From an uncultured Candidatus Saccharibacteria bacterium (GTDB taxonomy: Bacteria; Patescibacteriota; Andersenbacteria; UBA10190; CAIZMI01): a stretch of 45,657 nucleotides of DNA. Of the stretch, positions 35,764-44,291 are shown piece by piece. Within the stretch, counting starts at the first letter, position 1, and every line of letters starts with the position of its first letter. The stretch is taken from NCBI GenBank assembly GCA_964630025.1, contig CAZVRG010000004.1:1-45657 (forward strand). The letters run 5' to 3'. A program made the translations under genes and the position numbers. The notes under the pieces were generated by a model. That model saw only the letters and a program-made list of their open reading frames with translations, had not been told where the DNA came from and searched no databases.

Positions 35764-37203
35764 TCAGCCGAGCGTCAGCGATTTTTGCGCGACGCGTTCG
35801 CGGAGGAATGCGAGCGCGTCCGCGAGTGATTTCACTCCAAGATTCTTCCCACCGTGGGCGCGCAGCGTCACAGTGTTGCCCTGCTGTTCCTTTTCTCCCA
35901 CAACAATCATCACGGGGATCTTCTGGACTTCCGCCGACCGAATTTTCTTCGGGAGCGTTTCGTTTGATTCGTCGAGTTCCGCGCGCAGACCGCCATCGCG
36001 CAATGCATCCGCAACACGTGTTGCATACGCGACCGCCGACTGACTCACGGGAAGCACACGCACCTGTATGGGAGCAAGCCACAGCGGGAATAGTCCGTTG
36101 AAGTGCTCAATCAGAAACGCGATGAATCGCTCGTGGGTTCCGATAACACCCCGATGCACGATCACCGGCCGCTCAGCTTTTCCTTCCTCGTTCGTCACTT
36201 CGATCCCGAAGCGCTCTGGAAGAAGCATGTCGAGCTGGATCGTCGAGACGGTGAACGTGTGTCCTGCAACATCTTTCATCTGGATGTCGGCTTTTGGGCC
36301 GTAGAATGCTGCGTCACCAACCGCTTCCGTGAACTTCACGCCGGCATGCTGAAGCGCAGAACGCAGTGCCGCTTCGCTTTGTTCCCAGAGCGCAATATTG
36401 TCCGCATACTTTTTCTTGTTCTTTGGGTCGTGTAATGCCAAGTCCACCCAATAGTCAGTCAGTCCGAGTGTTTGATAGACGCGCCGAATGAGCTCGAGGG
36501 TTTTTACGATTTCCGCTTCGATCTGATCCTCGCGGCAGAAAATGTGTGCATCGTTCAGGGTCATGCCGCGCACGCGGGTGAGACCCATGAGCTGGCCTGA
36601 CTTTTCGAAGCGGTACATGGTGCCGAATTCCGCGATGCGCATGGGCAAATCGCGATACGAGCGCGGCCGCGACTGGAAAATGCGGATGTGATGTGGACAG
36701 TTCATCGGCTTCAGGACAAACTCCTCCCCCTCAACCTTCATCAGCGGAAACATCGTGTCTTTGTAGTAGGGAAGATGGCCGGAGGTTTCATACAGCTCCG
36801 CCTTCCCAAGGTGCGGCGTGATGACATGCAGATATCCTGCGCGCAATTCTTCTTCGATAATGAATCGCTCCAGTTCGCGACGGATCGTTGCACCCTTCGG
36901 AAGCCACAGCGGTAGTCCGCTGCCGACCATCGGGTCAATGATGAACAGATCCAATTCCGCTCCGAGGCGTCTGTGATCTCTTGGAGACAACGTCTCCCCC
37001 TCATCTTTTTGAGGCTGGCGACGGCCTGCCCCACGACTTGTCCCGCGTAGCTCAAAGAGCGAAGTGGGAAGCCCAGAGGGCGAAGTGGGGCCTGCCCCGC
37101 GAAGCCCAGAGGGCGAAGTGGGGTGATCGCGCGGCGAGAGTTCAGCGGGTTCCGGAACAGCCGGTGTCTTCTTTTCGCCCAAAGGACGCTTGGTGGGTGG
37201 CAT
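35764..37203 (-). CDS. thrS: Threonyl-tRNA synthetase: catalytic and anticodon-binding domains only (no TGS or editing domain)
   Basis: Homology begins at DHRRLGAELDLFII. Class II motifs are present (HVITPHL..., FRFEKSGQLMGLTRVRGMTLNDAHIF, GDAAFYGPK), along with a C-terminal HGPT-type anticodon-binding domain. TGTAAAGT lies 6 nt upstream of ATG 37203. An alternative start is TTG 36990. Confidence 0.9.
   Translation of the reverse strand: MPPTKRPLGEKKTPAVPEPAELSPRDHPTSPSGLRGAGPTSPSGLPTSLFELRGTSRGAGRRQPQKDEGETLSPRDHRRLGAELDLFIIDPMVGSGLPLWLPKGATIRRELERFIIEEELRAGYLHVITPHLGKAELYETSGHLPYYKDTMFPLMKVEGEEFVLKPMNCPHHIRIFQSRPRSYRDLPMRIAEFGTMYRFEKSGQLMGLTRVRGMTLNDAHIFCREDQIEAEIVKTLELIRRVYQTLGLTDYWVDLALHDPKNKKKYADNIALWEQSEAALRSALQHAGVKFTEAVGDAAFYGPKADIQMKDVAGHTFTVSTIQLDMLLPERFGIEVTNEEGKAERPVIVHRGVIGTHERFIAFLIEHFNGLFPLWLAPIQVRVLPVSQSAVAYATRVADALRDGGLRAELDESNETLPKKIRSAEVQKIPVMIVVGEKEQQGNTVTLRAHGGKNLGVKSLADALAFLRERVAQKSLTLG
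37013..37125. repeat. In-frame tandem repeat in the 5' end of thrS
   Basis: On the coding strand, CCCCACTTCGCCCTCTGGGCTTC occurs twice 33 nt apart, followed by a partial third copy. It encodes PTSPSGLRGAG PTSPSGL PTSLFELRG. Confidence 0.8.
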
Positions 37204-37338
37204 GCGGGTACTTTACACGGAGATCCGCGCACGTGAGAAGGTCTGCGCGTGATTCGCGTTGCCATGCGTCATCAGGCGTGATATCGTGTCTCAGCTTCCG
37301 TACCCTCCCAATTTGCATACACAGAAAGGAACGATGAG

Positions 37339-37983
37339 ATGAACGCGGATGAACTCGTTCAGCGAAACGTCGTGCTTCTTCCCAGCGGCATCGTCGAAGA
37401 ACAGGCACTGCGATACAGTCGTCAACTGGCGGAGCGGTTCGCAACAGAATTTCTGCTGAGCCCGCAGTTTGTTGCGCATTGTAGTCTGTACCAGGCGGCG
37501 TACCCACAACGCAACGCAAAGCGTGTAAAGGAAGTGGTGCAAGTCATTGCAAAGGGTTTCCGGCCGTTCCAGGTATCGATGAATGGGTTTGGAATCTTCT
37601 GGCACACCTTTGTGTTCTGGGATGCCGACAAAAGCGAGGATCTCCGTCGGCTGCACCATGGTCTTCTGGAGGCGCTCAATCCACTTCGTGAGCAGCAGCT
37701 CCTGCCGATTCACCAGCAGCTCCTCACCGACGTTCAGATTCCTGCGCCACTGCGAGAAAGCATCCGGGACTATGGCAATCCTCTCGCCGGAGACCAGGAG
37801 CGGCCCCACATGACCCTTACACGTCTCAAGGATGCTCGCGATGCTGATCTCGCCCTCGAGCGTCTCCAAGCGACGGCGGATCCCACAGGGGCGATGTGCT
37901 TCGAGGCGACGATGCTGTATCTCACCGAGGTCGGACCGCACGGGACATGTCCGCGACTTCTTGATGGCTTTCCACTCGGATAA
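37339..37983 (+). CDS. 2H phosphoesterase superfamily protein (LigT/cyclic phosphodiesterase-like)
   Basis: Two HxT/Sx motifs at appropriate spacing: VAHCSLYQ and PHMTLTRL. The SD is AAAGGAA. Confidence 0.65.
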   Translation: MNADELVQRNVVLLPSGIVEEQALRYSRQLAERFATEFLLSPQFVAHCSLYQAAYPQRNAKRVKEVVQVIAKGFRPFQVSMNGFGIFWHTFVFWDADKSEDLRRLHHGLLEALNPLREQQLLPIHQQLLTDVQIPAPLRESIRDYGNPLAGDQERPHMTLTRLKDARDADLALERLQATADPTGAMCFEATMLYLTEVGPHGTCPRLLDGFPLG

Positions 37984-38127
37984 CATCTTCCACCCTCCAG
38001 TCGTCAGGCTCGAGGGTCTTTTCATGAGCGAAGGCGAGTTGACAAACCGGTGGATGTGCTCTAGTTTCTGACGTGCTGTTCCGGACTGTTTGTTCGAAAA
38101 CATACCTTTCTTTACAAGGAGCATCTC

Positions 38128-38667
38128 ATGGATGTGCCGCGGCATTTCGCCGAGTCGGGCTTTATTCCACAGACGAGGTGGTTCACAGACGAAGAATACA
38201 CCCGGATCCTTGATGGGATTGTGGTTAGTTGTGTGGACTGCATACTCGTGCATCGCGGTCGCATGCTGATCGGCTTTCGTGCAAGCGAACCGTACGTCGG
38301 CTGGTGGGTGCTCGGTGGCCGCATGCTGCCGGGCGAGAGCTTCGAAGACACCGCGCAACGCGTCACCAAACGGGAAACGAGCCTCCATATCGACGACCCC
38401 AGTAGATTTGCGTACCTGAACACGATCTCGTATGTGTGGACGAAGCGTGCGCAATCTCCACGGGGTCATGGATGCCACATGATCGGAAATAATGTGATGA
38501 TCGTCCTCTCCGACGAGGAAGCTTCTGCGATTCGAAAGATGTCTGATTTCACAGCACTGCAATGGATTGCGCCGAACGAAGTCCTCCGAGCAGGAGGCGC
38601 GGAGTTTCATGAGGCCATCCACTACTTCGCGCGCGAGGTCGCGCAGCGAGAAGGGAGATCAGCGTGA
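38128..38667 (+). CDS. NUDIX hydrolase (GDP-mannose mannosyl hydrolase-like degenerate Nudix box)
   Basis: GGRMLPGESFEDTAQRVTKRETSL, preceded by VSCVDCILV...MLIGFRASEPYVGWWVL, resembling the NudD/WcaH pattern as recalled. Confidence 0.65.
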   Translation: MDVPRHFAESGFIPQTRWFTDEEYTRILDGIVVSCVDCILVHRGRMLIGFRASEPYVGWWVLGGRMLPGESFEDTAQRVTKRETSLHIDDPSRFAYLNTISYVWTKRAQSPRGHGCHMIGNNVMIVLSDEEASAIRKMSDFTALQWIAPNEVLRAGGAEFHEAIHYFAREVAQREGRSA

Positions 38668-39446
38668 TCAGGATACTTGAAGATGTCGCACGGAAGTGCG
38701 GAAACCTGCTCGCAAAGATTCGCATGAGAAGTTCTGATCTCGGTGCGGAAAACAAAGACGAATCTCTGGGCGCGCACTTCGCGACGGAAGGAGATCGTCG
38801 CTCACAGGAGCTCGGTATCCGGCTTATTCATGCGCAGATGCCTGAAGAGCTGGTCATCGCGGAGGAACAGGCGAATGCATCGTCGGTTCCTCCCAACTGC
38901 ACAGTGTTCGACCCCTGTGACGGCACCACGATTTATTACAATAACTACAGCGAGTTTGGTGTCACACTGTGCACACTGCGCGATGGGCGCCCATATGCAG
39001 GCGTCATGTACTTTCCAAAGGACGGGACGATGATCAGCGCGGTCCGTACACATGGCTGTTTCATGAAGGGAAAACGCATCCGGCTGCGACACGATCGCCC
39101 GCTCGACAAGACCGTGATCGGAACCGATATCGGTCCATGGACGATCCACAGTGTTCTCGAACCCCTGTCGCAGCGCTTCTGCATGCGGAGTTCTCTGGCC
39201 GCCATTCACGGATTCCGAGAGCTTCTCCGCGGGCAAAGTGGTGCGTACTACAGTCTCAACATTGCGAAGATTTGGGATGTGGCGGCCGGCGCTCTCGCAG
39301 TACAGGAGGCGGGCGGCATCGTCTGCGGTCCGGACGGCCAACCACTCCAATGGAACTCACTCCGGATGGATTGGATTGCCGCCGCAAATCAACAACTTGC
39401 CGAATGTGTTCTTGCAGAGACACGGAAGTGGAAAGGCAGAACGTAG
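38664..39446 (+). CDS. Inositol monophosphatase family phosphatase (IMPase/CysQ/SuhB-like)
   Basis: The metal-binding motifs are VIAEEQ, DPCDGTTIY and WDVAAG. The GTG start overlaps the upstream TGA. Confidence 0.8.
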   Translation: MIRILEDVARKCGNLLAKIRMRSSDLGAENKDESLGAHFATEGDRRSQELGIRLIHAQMPEELVIAEEQANASSVPPNCTVFDPCDGTTIYYNNYSEFGVTLCTLRDGRPYAGVMYFPKDGTMISAVRTHGCFMKGKRIRLRHDRPLDKTVIGTDIGPWTIHSVLEPLSQRFCMRSSLAAIHGFRELLRGQSGAYYSLNIAKIWDVAAGALAVQEAGGIVCGPDGQPLQWNSLRMDWIAAANQQLAECVLAETRKWKGRT

Positions 39447-39473
39447 TGTATGTGTCTTTTCGCTCTAATCAAA

Positions 39474-39508
39474 CGCCAGCAGTCATATGACCGCTGGCAT
39501 TTTCTTTT
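39474..39508 (+). terminator. Terminator in the convergent gap with dnaE
   Basis: CGCCAGC-AGTCATATGAC-CGCTGGC followed by ATTTTCTTTT. Confidence 0.75.
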
Positions 39509-42500
39509 AGATCACAGGAGTTCTGACAGTTTCGAATGCGTCTTCGGGAGAGGCTATTTCGATAGCTTCCGCGTCGAGCAGCGTACACAGCTGCTTCTTC
39601 GCCTGACCATCAAGCGTCACGGTGAATGATGTTTTCACCAGATCCACCGCGCCGTTCTGTTTCGGGACGCGGAGATACACGCGGATCGGACCGGGCGGAA
39701 GCGCGCCGAGGAATTCCTTTAGGGAAAGTAATATTGTGCGGCTTCCGTTTGGCGGTACTGCCAGGATTGCATATGGTGGCGGTGGCGTTTCCAGAACAAG
39801 ACGGCGTTCTTGTGATTGTGGGGCGTGTGACGCTGACGCACCGATAGGCTGCATCGTTTCAGAGACGCGTGTTGCTTCTTCGCAGAGAATTTTTGGGACA
39901 CCGTCGCGATCATTTACCCGGCCTTCCACTATGAGAATAGTTTCTTCTGCCCAGAGATCCGGATGTGCTTCTAAGATTTTGGGAAACACCAGGACTTCCA
40001 CGGAGCCCGTTTGGTCTTCCAGCGTCACGAATGCCATGGTCTCTCGGCTCCGCGTAACGACTTTTTGCACATGCGTCACAATGCCGCCGACACAGACGCT
40101 GTAGTCCACGAGGTCTGTAGAAATATCTTTCATGGGCGTTGTCCGACCGGCGAGGAGATGTGCCACCGTGGCGACCGGATGGCCAGACACGTACAGTCCA
40201 AGAAGTTGTTTTTCCCATTGCAACCGTTGCGTCGCAGGAGCGGGAGGGACAGGGCGAAGCGTGACAGACGGCACACCCTTCTCGTCGGACCCACCGAAAA
40301 GTGCTCCTTGTCCCGCGAGTTCCTGCTTTTGCATATTGCGGCCAAGCTGGAGAAGCATGTCGAGGTTTTCCAGCATCGCATTGCGCTCGCCGAGAGCGTC
40401 GAGCGCTCCTGCTTTTATCAAGCTTTCTGCAGCTTTCCGGTTGAATTCTCGTGTCTGCACGCGCTGAAAGAACTCCGCAAGCGAGCGGAACGGCCCGCCA
40501 GAAGCGCGTGCGTCGAGAATGGCACGCACAACACCCGCACCCACATTTTTCACCGCGACAAGACCGAAGCGAATAGCCTTGCGATTCGCGGAATCCTTAT
40601 TCCGTAGTTCTAATTCCCGGTTCTCCGTAGTGGTCACCACCGTAAAGTGTTCTCCGCTCTCATTCACGTCTGGCGGAAGTACCGGAATGCCCATGGTCGT
40701 ACATTCGGTGACCTCAATGGCGATGCGGTCGGTGTCGTTTTCGTCCGATGTGAGCAGCGCGGCCATGAATGCTGCGGGGTAATGTGTCTTGAGATAGGCA
40801 GTTTGATAGGCGATGAGGGCATAGCATGCCGCATGCGCGCGGTTAAAACCGTAATTCGCGAAGGGTTCGATGAAGGCAAATATTTTTTCGGCTGTTGTTG
40901 TATCGACGCCGTTTTTGACTGCTCCGTCAATGAATTTTTCTTTTTGTGCCTTCAGGAGCTTTTCAATTTTCTTTCCCACGGCCTTGCGGAGGATATCCGC
41001 TTCTCCAAGGGTGAAGCCAGCGATCGCGCGCGCGATTTCCAACACCTGCTCCTGATAGACGGCGATGCCGTAGGTCTTTTTCAAGATGGGCTCGAGCGCG
41101 GGGTGAAGGTACTTCGGTGTCTGCAAGCCATGCTTTCCCGCAACGTATTGCGGGATCAGTTCCATCGGTCCCGGGCGGTAGAGCGATACCATCGCGATAA
41201 TGTCTTCAAATTCCGTCGGCTTCAGTTCTTTGAGATTCCGCTTCATGCCTGCGCTCTCCAGCTGAAAGACACCGGTTGTCAGACCTTCCTGGAGCGTTCG
41301 GTACGTTGGCGCATCGTCGAGAGGCAGCGCGTCGAGGTCGATGTTCACGCCAGCGTGTTCTCGGATTACCCGGAGAGCGTGCCCGAGAATCGTCAGGTTT
41401 TTTAATCCCAAGAAATCGATTTTCAACAGACCAAGATTTTCGATCGCATGCATTTCGTATTGTGTGACGATGGTTGCGTCATCCGTGCTCACGCGTTGCA
41501 CGGGAACATGCTCCACGAGTGGGGAGGGCGTGATAACAACGCCGGCGGCATGGGTGCTTGCATGGCGGGCAACCCCCTCAAGTTTTTTTGCGGTATCGAG
41601 AAGACGCTGCACTTGTGGATCGTCGGCGGCGAGCTGCCGGAGCTCTTTCGATTCTTGCCGCGCTTTATCCAGCGATGTGCCGAACGGGATGAGCTTCGCG
41701 ACTTTGTCGCAGAAGGTATACGGAAATCCCAGTGCGCGGCCCACATCGCGTACTGCAGCGCGTGCCGCCATGGTTCCAAAGGTGATAATTTGCGCGACGT
41801 GATCGCGTCCGTAGCGTTCACGAACGTATTGCAGTACTTCTTCACGCCGGTCATCGGCAAAATCCAAATCGATATCTGGCATGCTAATGCGTTCGGGATT
41901 TAAGAAGCGCTCGAAGACGAGCCGGTGTTTCAACGGGTCGATATTCGTGATGTTGAGGAGATAACTAATCAGCGATCCGGCGGCCGACCCACGGCCCGGG
42001 CCAACGAAAATCCCCTGACGCTTCGCCCAATTCACGAAGTCCTGAACAATGAGGAAATATCCGGCGAAGCCTGTTTTCTCGATAACGCCCAGTTCATATT
42101 CCATGCGTTCTCGTGCCTCTGCGGGTAGGGCGGCTCCATACCGCATGGTCATGCCGTCTTCCGCGAGACGGCGAAGGGCGGCATCCGGCGTCTCGGTAGG
42201 CGAGAGCGGGAACGACGGGAGAATAGACTTGCCGAACGTCAGCTTGGTGGTACAGCGCTCCGCAATGCGGACGGTATTTTCGAGCGCTTCCGGCACATCG
42301 CGAAATGCCTCTGCGAATGCCTCCGTCGTTTGAATGCTGAAGTCTTCGCCGAGCATGGACAGGCGATCTCGATCCGTCACGCGGGTTCCGGTTTGCACGC
42401 ACAGAAGGACATCTTGCGCTTCCGCGTCTTCGCGTCGGACATAGTGTGCGTCTCCCGTGGCCACAAGGTGAAGGCCGTGCGTGCGGGCCAACGCGCGCAG

Positions 42501-43073
42501 TCCTTCGTTCACCCTTCCTTGTTCGGGAAGCGATGGATGATGCTGGAGTTCGAGAAAGAACCGTTCTCGACCAAACACGTCGAGATGCCATTGCACAAGC
42601 CGCTCGACCTCCGTCGCATCACCGCGGATGATTGCTTGCGGGAGATCACCGTTAATGCATCCCGACAGTACGATGAGACCAGTGGCGTATTGCTGAAGCG
42701 TTGCGTAGTCAATGCACGGCTTTCGGTAAAAACCGTTCAGATGCGCGTCGGAAATGAGTTTGAGTAAGCTTTGGTATCCCTGCGTGTTTTCGGCGAGAAG
42801 CGTGAGATGGCGAATCGTTTTTTCGCCAGGTGTGCTTTCCCGCGCTCTTTGGCGGTCAGGGACAAGATACGCCTCAACACCGAGAATCGGCTTGAGTTCG
42901 CGCTTCTTTGCTTCTTCCCAAAACTCGACAAGCCCGTGGAGCACGCCGTGATCGGTGAGCGCAACCGAACGCATGCCCAATTCCTTCACGCGATCAAGAA
43001 TATCCGGAATCTTTCCGAGCCCGTCCAGGAGAGAATAATGACTATGAACGTGAAGGTGAACGAAGTCGGACAT
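39507..43073 (-). CDS. dnaE: DNA polymerase III alpha subunit
   Basis: PHP domain HLHVHSHYSLLDG. The 1188-aa collinear DnaE pattern includes GFAGYFLIVQDF, PDIDLDF and a C-terminal OB fold. TACAAT lies 6 nt upstream of the ATG. Confidence 0.95.
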   Translation of the reverse strand: MSDFVHLHVHSHYSLLDGLGKIPDILDRVKELGMRSVALTDHGVLHGLVEFWEEAKKRELKPILGVEAYLVPDRQRARESTPGEKTIRHLTLLAENTQGYQSLLKLISDAHLNGFYRKPCIDYATLQQYATGLIVLSGCINGDLPQAIIRGDATEVERLVQWHLDVFGRERFFLELQHHPSLPEQGRVNEGLRALARTHGLHLVATGDAHYVRREDAEAQDVLLCVQTGTRVTDRDRLSMLGEDFSIQTTEAFAEAFRDVPEALENTVRIAERCTTKLTFGKSILPSFPLSPTETPDAALRRLAEDGMTMRYGAALPAEARERMEYELGVIEKTGFAGYFLIVQDFVNWAKRQGIFVGPGRGSAAGSLISYLLNITNIDPLKHRLVFERFLNPERISMPDIDLDFADDRREEVLQYVRERYGRDHVAQIITFGTMAARAAVRDVGRALGFPYTFCDKVAKLIPFGTSLDKARQESKELRQLAADDPQVQRLLDTAKKLEGVARHASTHAAGVVITPSPLVEHVPVQRVSTDDATIVTQYEMHAIENLGLLKIDFLGLKNLTILGHALRVIREHAGVNIDLDALPLDDAPTYRTLQEGLTTGVFQLESAGMKRNLKELKPTEFEDIIAMVSLYRPGPMELIPQYVAGKHGLQTPKYLHPALEPILKKTYGIAVYQEQVLEIARAIAGFTLGEADILRKAVGKKIEKLLKAQKEKFIDGAVKNGVDTTTAEKIFAFIEPFANYGFNRAHAACYALIAYQTAYLKTHYPAAFMAALLTSDENDTDRIAIEVTECTTMGIPVLPPDVNESGEHFTVVTTTENRELELRNKDSANRKAIRFGLVAVKNVGAGVVRAILDARASGGPFRSLAEFFQRVQTREFNRKAAESLIKAGALDALGERNAMLENLDMLLQLGRNMQKQELAGQGALFGGSDEKGVPSVTLRPVPPAPATQRLQWEKQLLGLYVSGHPVATVAHLLAGRTTPMKDISTDLVDYSVCVGGIVTHVQKVVTRSRETMAFVTLEDQTGSVEVLVFPKILEAHPDLWAEETILIVEGRVNDRDGVPKILCEEATRVSETMQPIGASASHAPQSQERRLVLETPPPPYAILAVPPNGSRTILLSLKEFLGALPPGPIRVYLRVPKQNGAVDLVKTSFTVTLDGQAKKQLCTLLDAEAIEIASPEDAFETVRTPVI

Positions 43074-43096
43074 GTTTCTATTGTACTTCTCACTTC

Positions 43097-43181
43097 GGGC
43101 ATAGGGTATGGGGAATGGGGCATAGGGTTACGCAGAGACGTAAGCGAGAAACCATGCACCATGCCCCAACCCCCACGCACC
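43097..43181. repeat. Heptamer-arm hairpin H9 (divergent region upstream of dnaE)
   Basis: Left arm GGGCATA GGGTATG GGGAATG GGGCATA GGGTTAC, core GCAGAGACGTAAGCGAGAAA, right arm CCATGCA CCATGCC CCAACCC CCACGCA. Confidence 0.8.
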
Positions 43182-43197
43182 GTGCTATCGTACGCAT

Positions 43198-43980
43198 GTG
43201 CGGAGGCGATTACGAAAACAAATCACCATTGCAACGATATTCTTTGGCATTCTCGGTGCGCTTGGCGTCCTTATTGGTATTCTTATCTATGAGCCTCCAC
43301 CTCCGCCGCCACCGCCCGCACCGTCATTTGCTGCGCTCGTTGTGAATCGGGCGGGATTGCTCCGCCAAGATGCTCCCGATCGTGCAGATCTGTATGCCGT
43401 TGTGCGGAATCCAAATGCCAATGCCGGTCTGCGCTCGATTGGGTACACGTTTGAGGTGAAAGCAGGAAGCCAGACTGTCGCACAGATTCCGGGCCGCGCC
43501 TATGTGTTGCCCGGACAGGAAAAACTTCTTGTGCTGTTGAATACAGCAGTGCCGCCGGAGGGAACAGATGCTGCCATCCGATTTCAGTCTCCCGAGTGGG
43601 TACCAGTGGACGCGAGTTTTCGGGCGCCGTCGTTTGTGCCGGTGAGTCGCACAGCATCAGTCCGCGAAGGAAATCCGTCCACCTACGTCGTGAAATCGGT
43701 ACTTGCGAATGAATCCACACTCGATTACCTGCGCGTTGAGGTAACAGTGCTCGGTTTGGATGCCAACGGCACTGTGACAGGCTTGGGACAAACGGCAATA
43801 GGATCACTGCGTTCGGGAGAACGCCGAGAGTTTACCGTGTCGTGGCCGCTTCCTCCTGGGCGGAATGTGGCGGAAGTGCGGATTGTTCCGGAGGTGAATG
43901 TGTTCTCCGGTGCGGCAATTCAACCGCGCCCCGGGATTTCGGGATTAGAGCCGCGTCCAACGAGTACGCCAGCGTTCTAA
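43198..43980 (+). CDS. Hypothetical membrane-anchored protein with a Pro8 linker and two beta-rich repeats
   Basis: GTG start. TM segment IATIFFGILGALGVLIGILIY, then PPPPPPPP, then two similar ~90-aa segments. No motif was recognised. Confidence 0.55.
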   Translation: MRRRLRKQITIATIFFGILGALGVLIGILIYEPPPPPPPPAPSFAALVVNRAGLLRQDAPDRADLYAVVRNPNANAGLRSIGYTFEVKAGSQTVAQIPGRAYVLPGQEKLLVLLNTAVPPEGTDAAIRFQSPEWVPVDASFRAPSFVPVSRTASVREGNPSTYVVKSVLANESTLDYLRVEVTVLGLDANGTVTGLGQTAIGSLRSGERREFTVSWPLPPGRNVAEVRIVPEVNVFSGAAIQPRPGISGLEPRPTSTPAF

Positions 43981-44162
43981 AAAACCGCATACACTGGCGC
44001 GCTGTTCGCTCACGAATCCCACCGGCACAGCCGGATGCGTTCGTGAGCGAACCCTTCGGGCTTGGCGTTCGCTCCGCTCCTCACTCGCTGTATGTCACAT
44101 ACAGCTCGTTCGGTGCTCGCTCCACGCCTACGCATCGTATCCAGTTTCTGCGGTTTTTTTTT
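43979..44162 (+). repeat. ~175-nt structured repeat, copy E3 (ends in a T-run)
   Basis: Outer stem AAAACCGCATACACTGG/CCAGTTTCTGCGGTTTT followed by T9. Stem 2 is GTTCGCTCACGAA/TTCGTGAGCGAAC, capped by CCGGCACAGCCGG. Stem 3 is GCTGTATG/CATACAGC. It starts on the stop codon. Confidence 0.85.
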
Positions 44163-44291
44163 ATCTTTACTTCCCGGCCCGCGTCCCTCATCACGATTCT
44201 GAAGTTTTCACGTGCACAGTTCCTCGTACTTATTAGATATTCCGTGCTTCGTATTTCGAATTCGCACAAGGTATACTCTGTCCTGCTACAG

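Noticed and set aside
30486-35829. ORFs 30486-30716 and 35623-35829, which both contain M(N/Y)DST
   Set aside because: The shared peptide is simply the translation of the shared 21-nt palindrome, and there is no similarity beyond it. The first ORF overlaps the rplK promoter and start, and the second overlaps the thrS 3' end.
37291-38622. 443-aa ORF on the minus strand
   Set aside because: It lies antisense to three plus-strand genes that carry recognisable motifs (2H HxT/S pairs, Nudix box, IMPase start). It has no motif of its own and no start-site signals. It is a typical stop-poor antisense frame in high-GC DNA.
43842-44291. 150-aa N-terminal extension of the SEDS ORF; likewise 34755-34958 for miaA and 5246-5542 for the second pseudopilin
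   Set aside because: The extensions run through repeat elements (E3, H8) or overlap the upstream gene out of frame. Conserved protein starts and promoter or ATGA-coupling signals support the shorter models.
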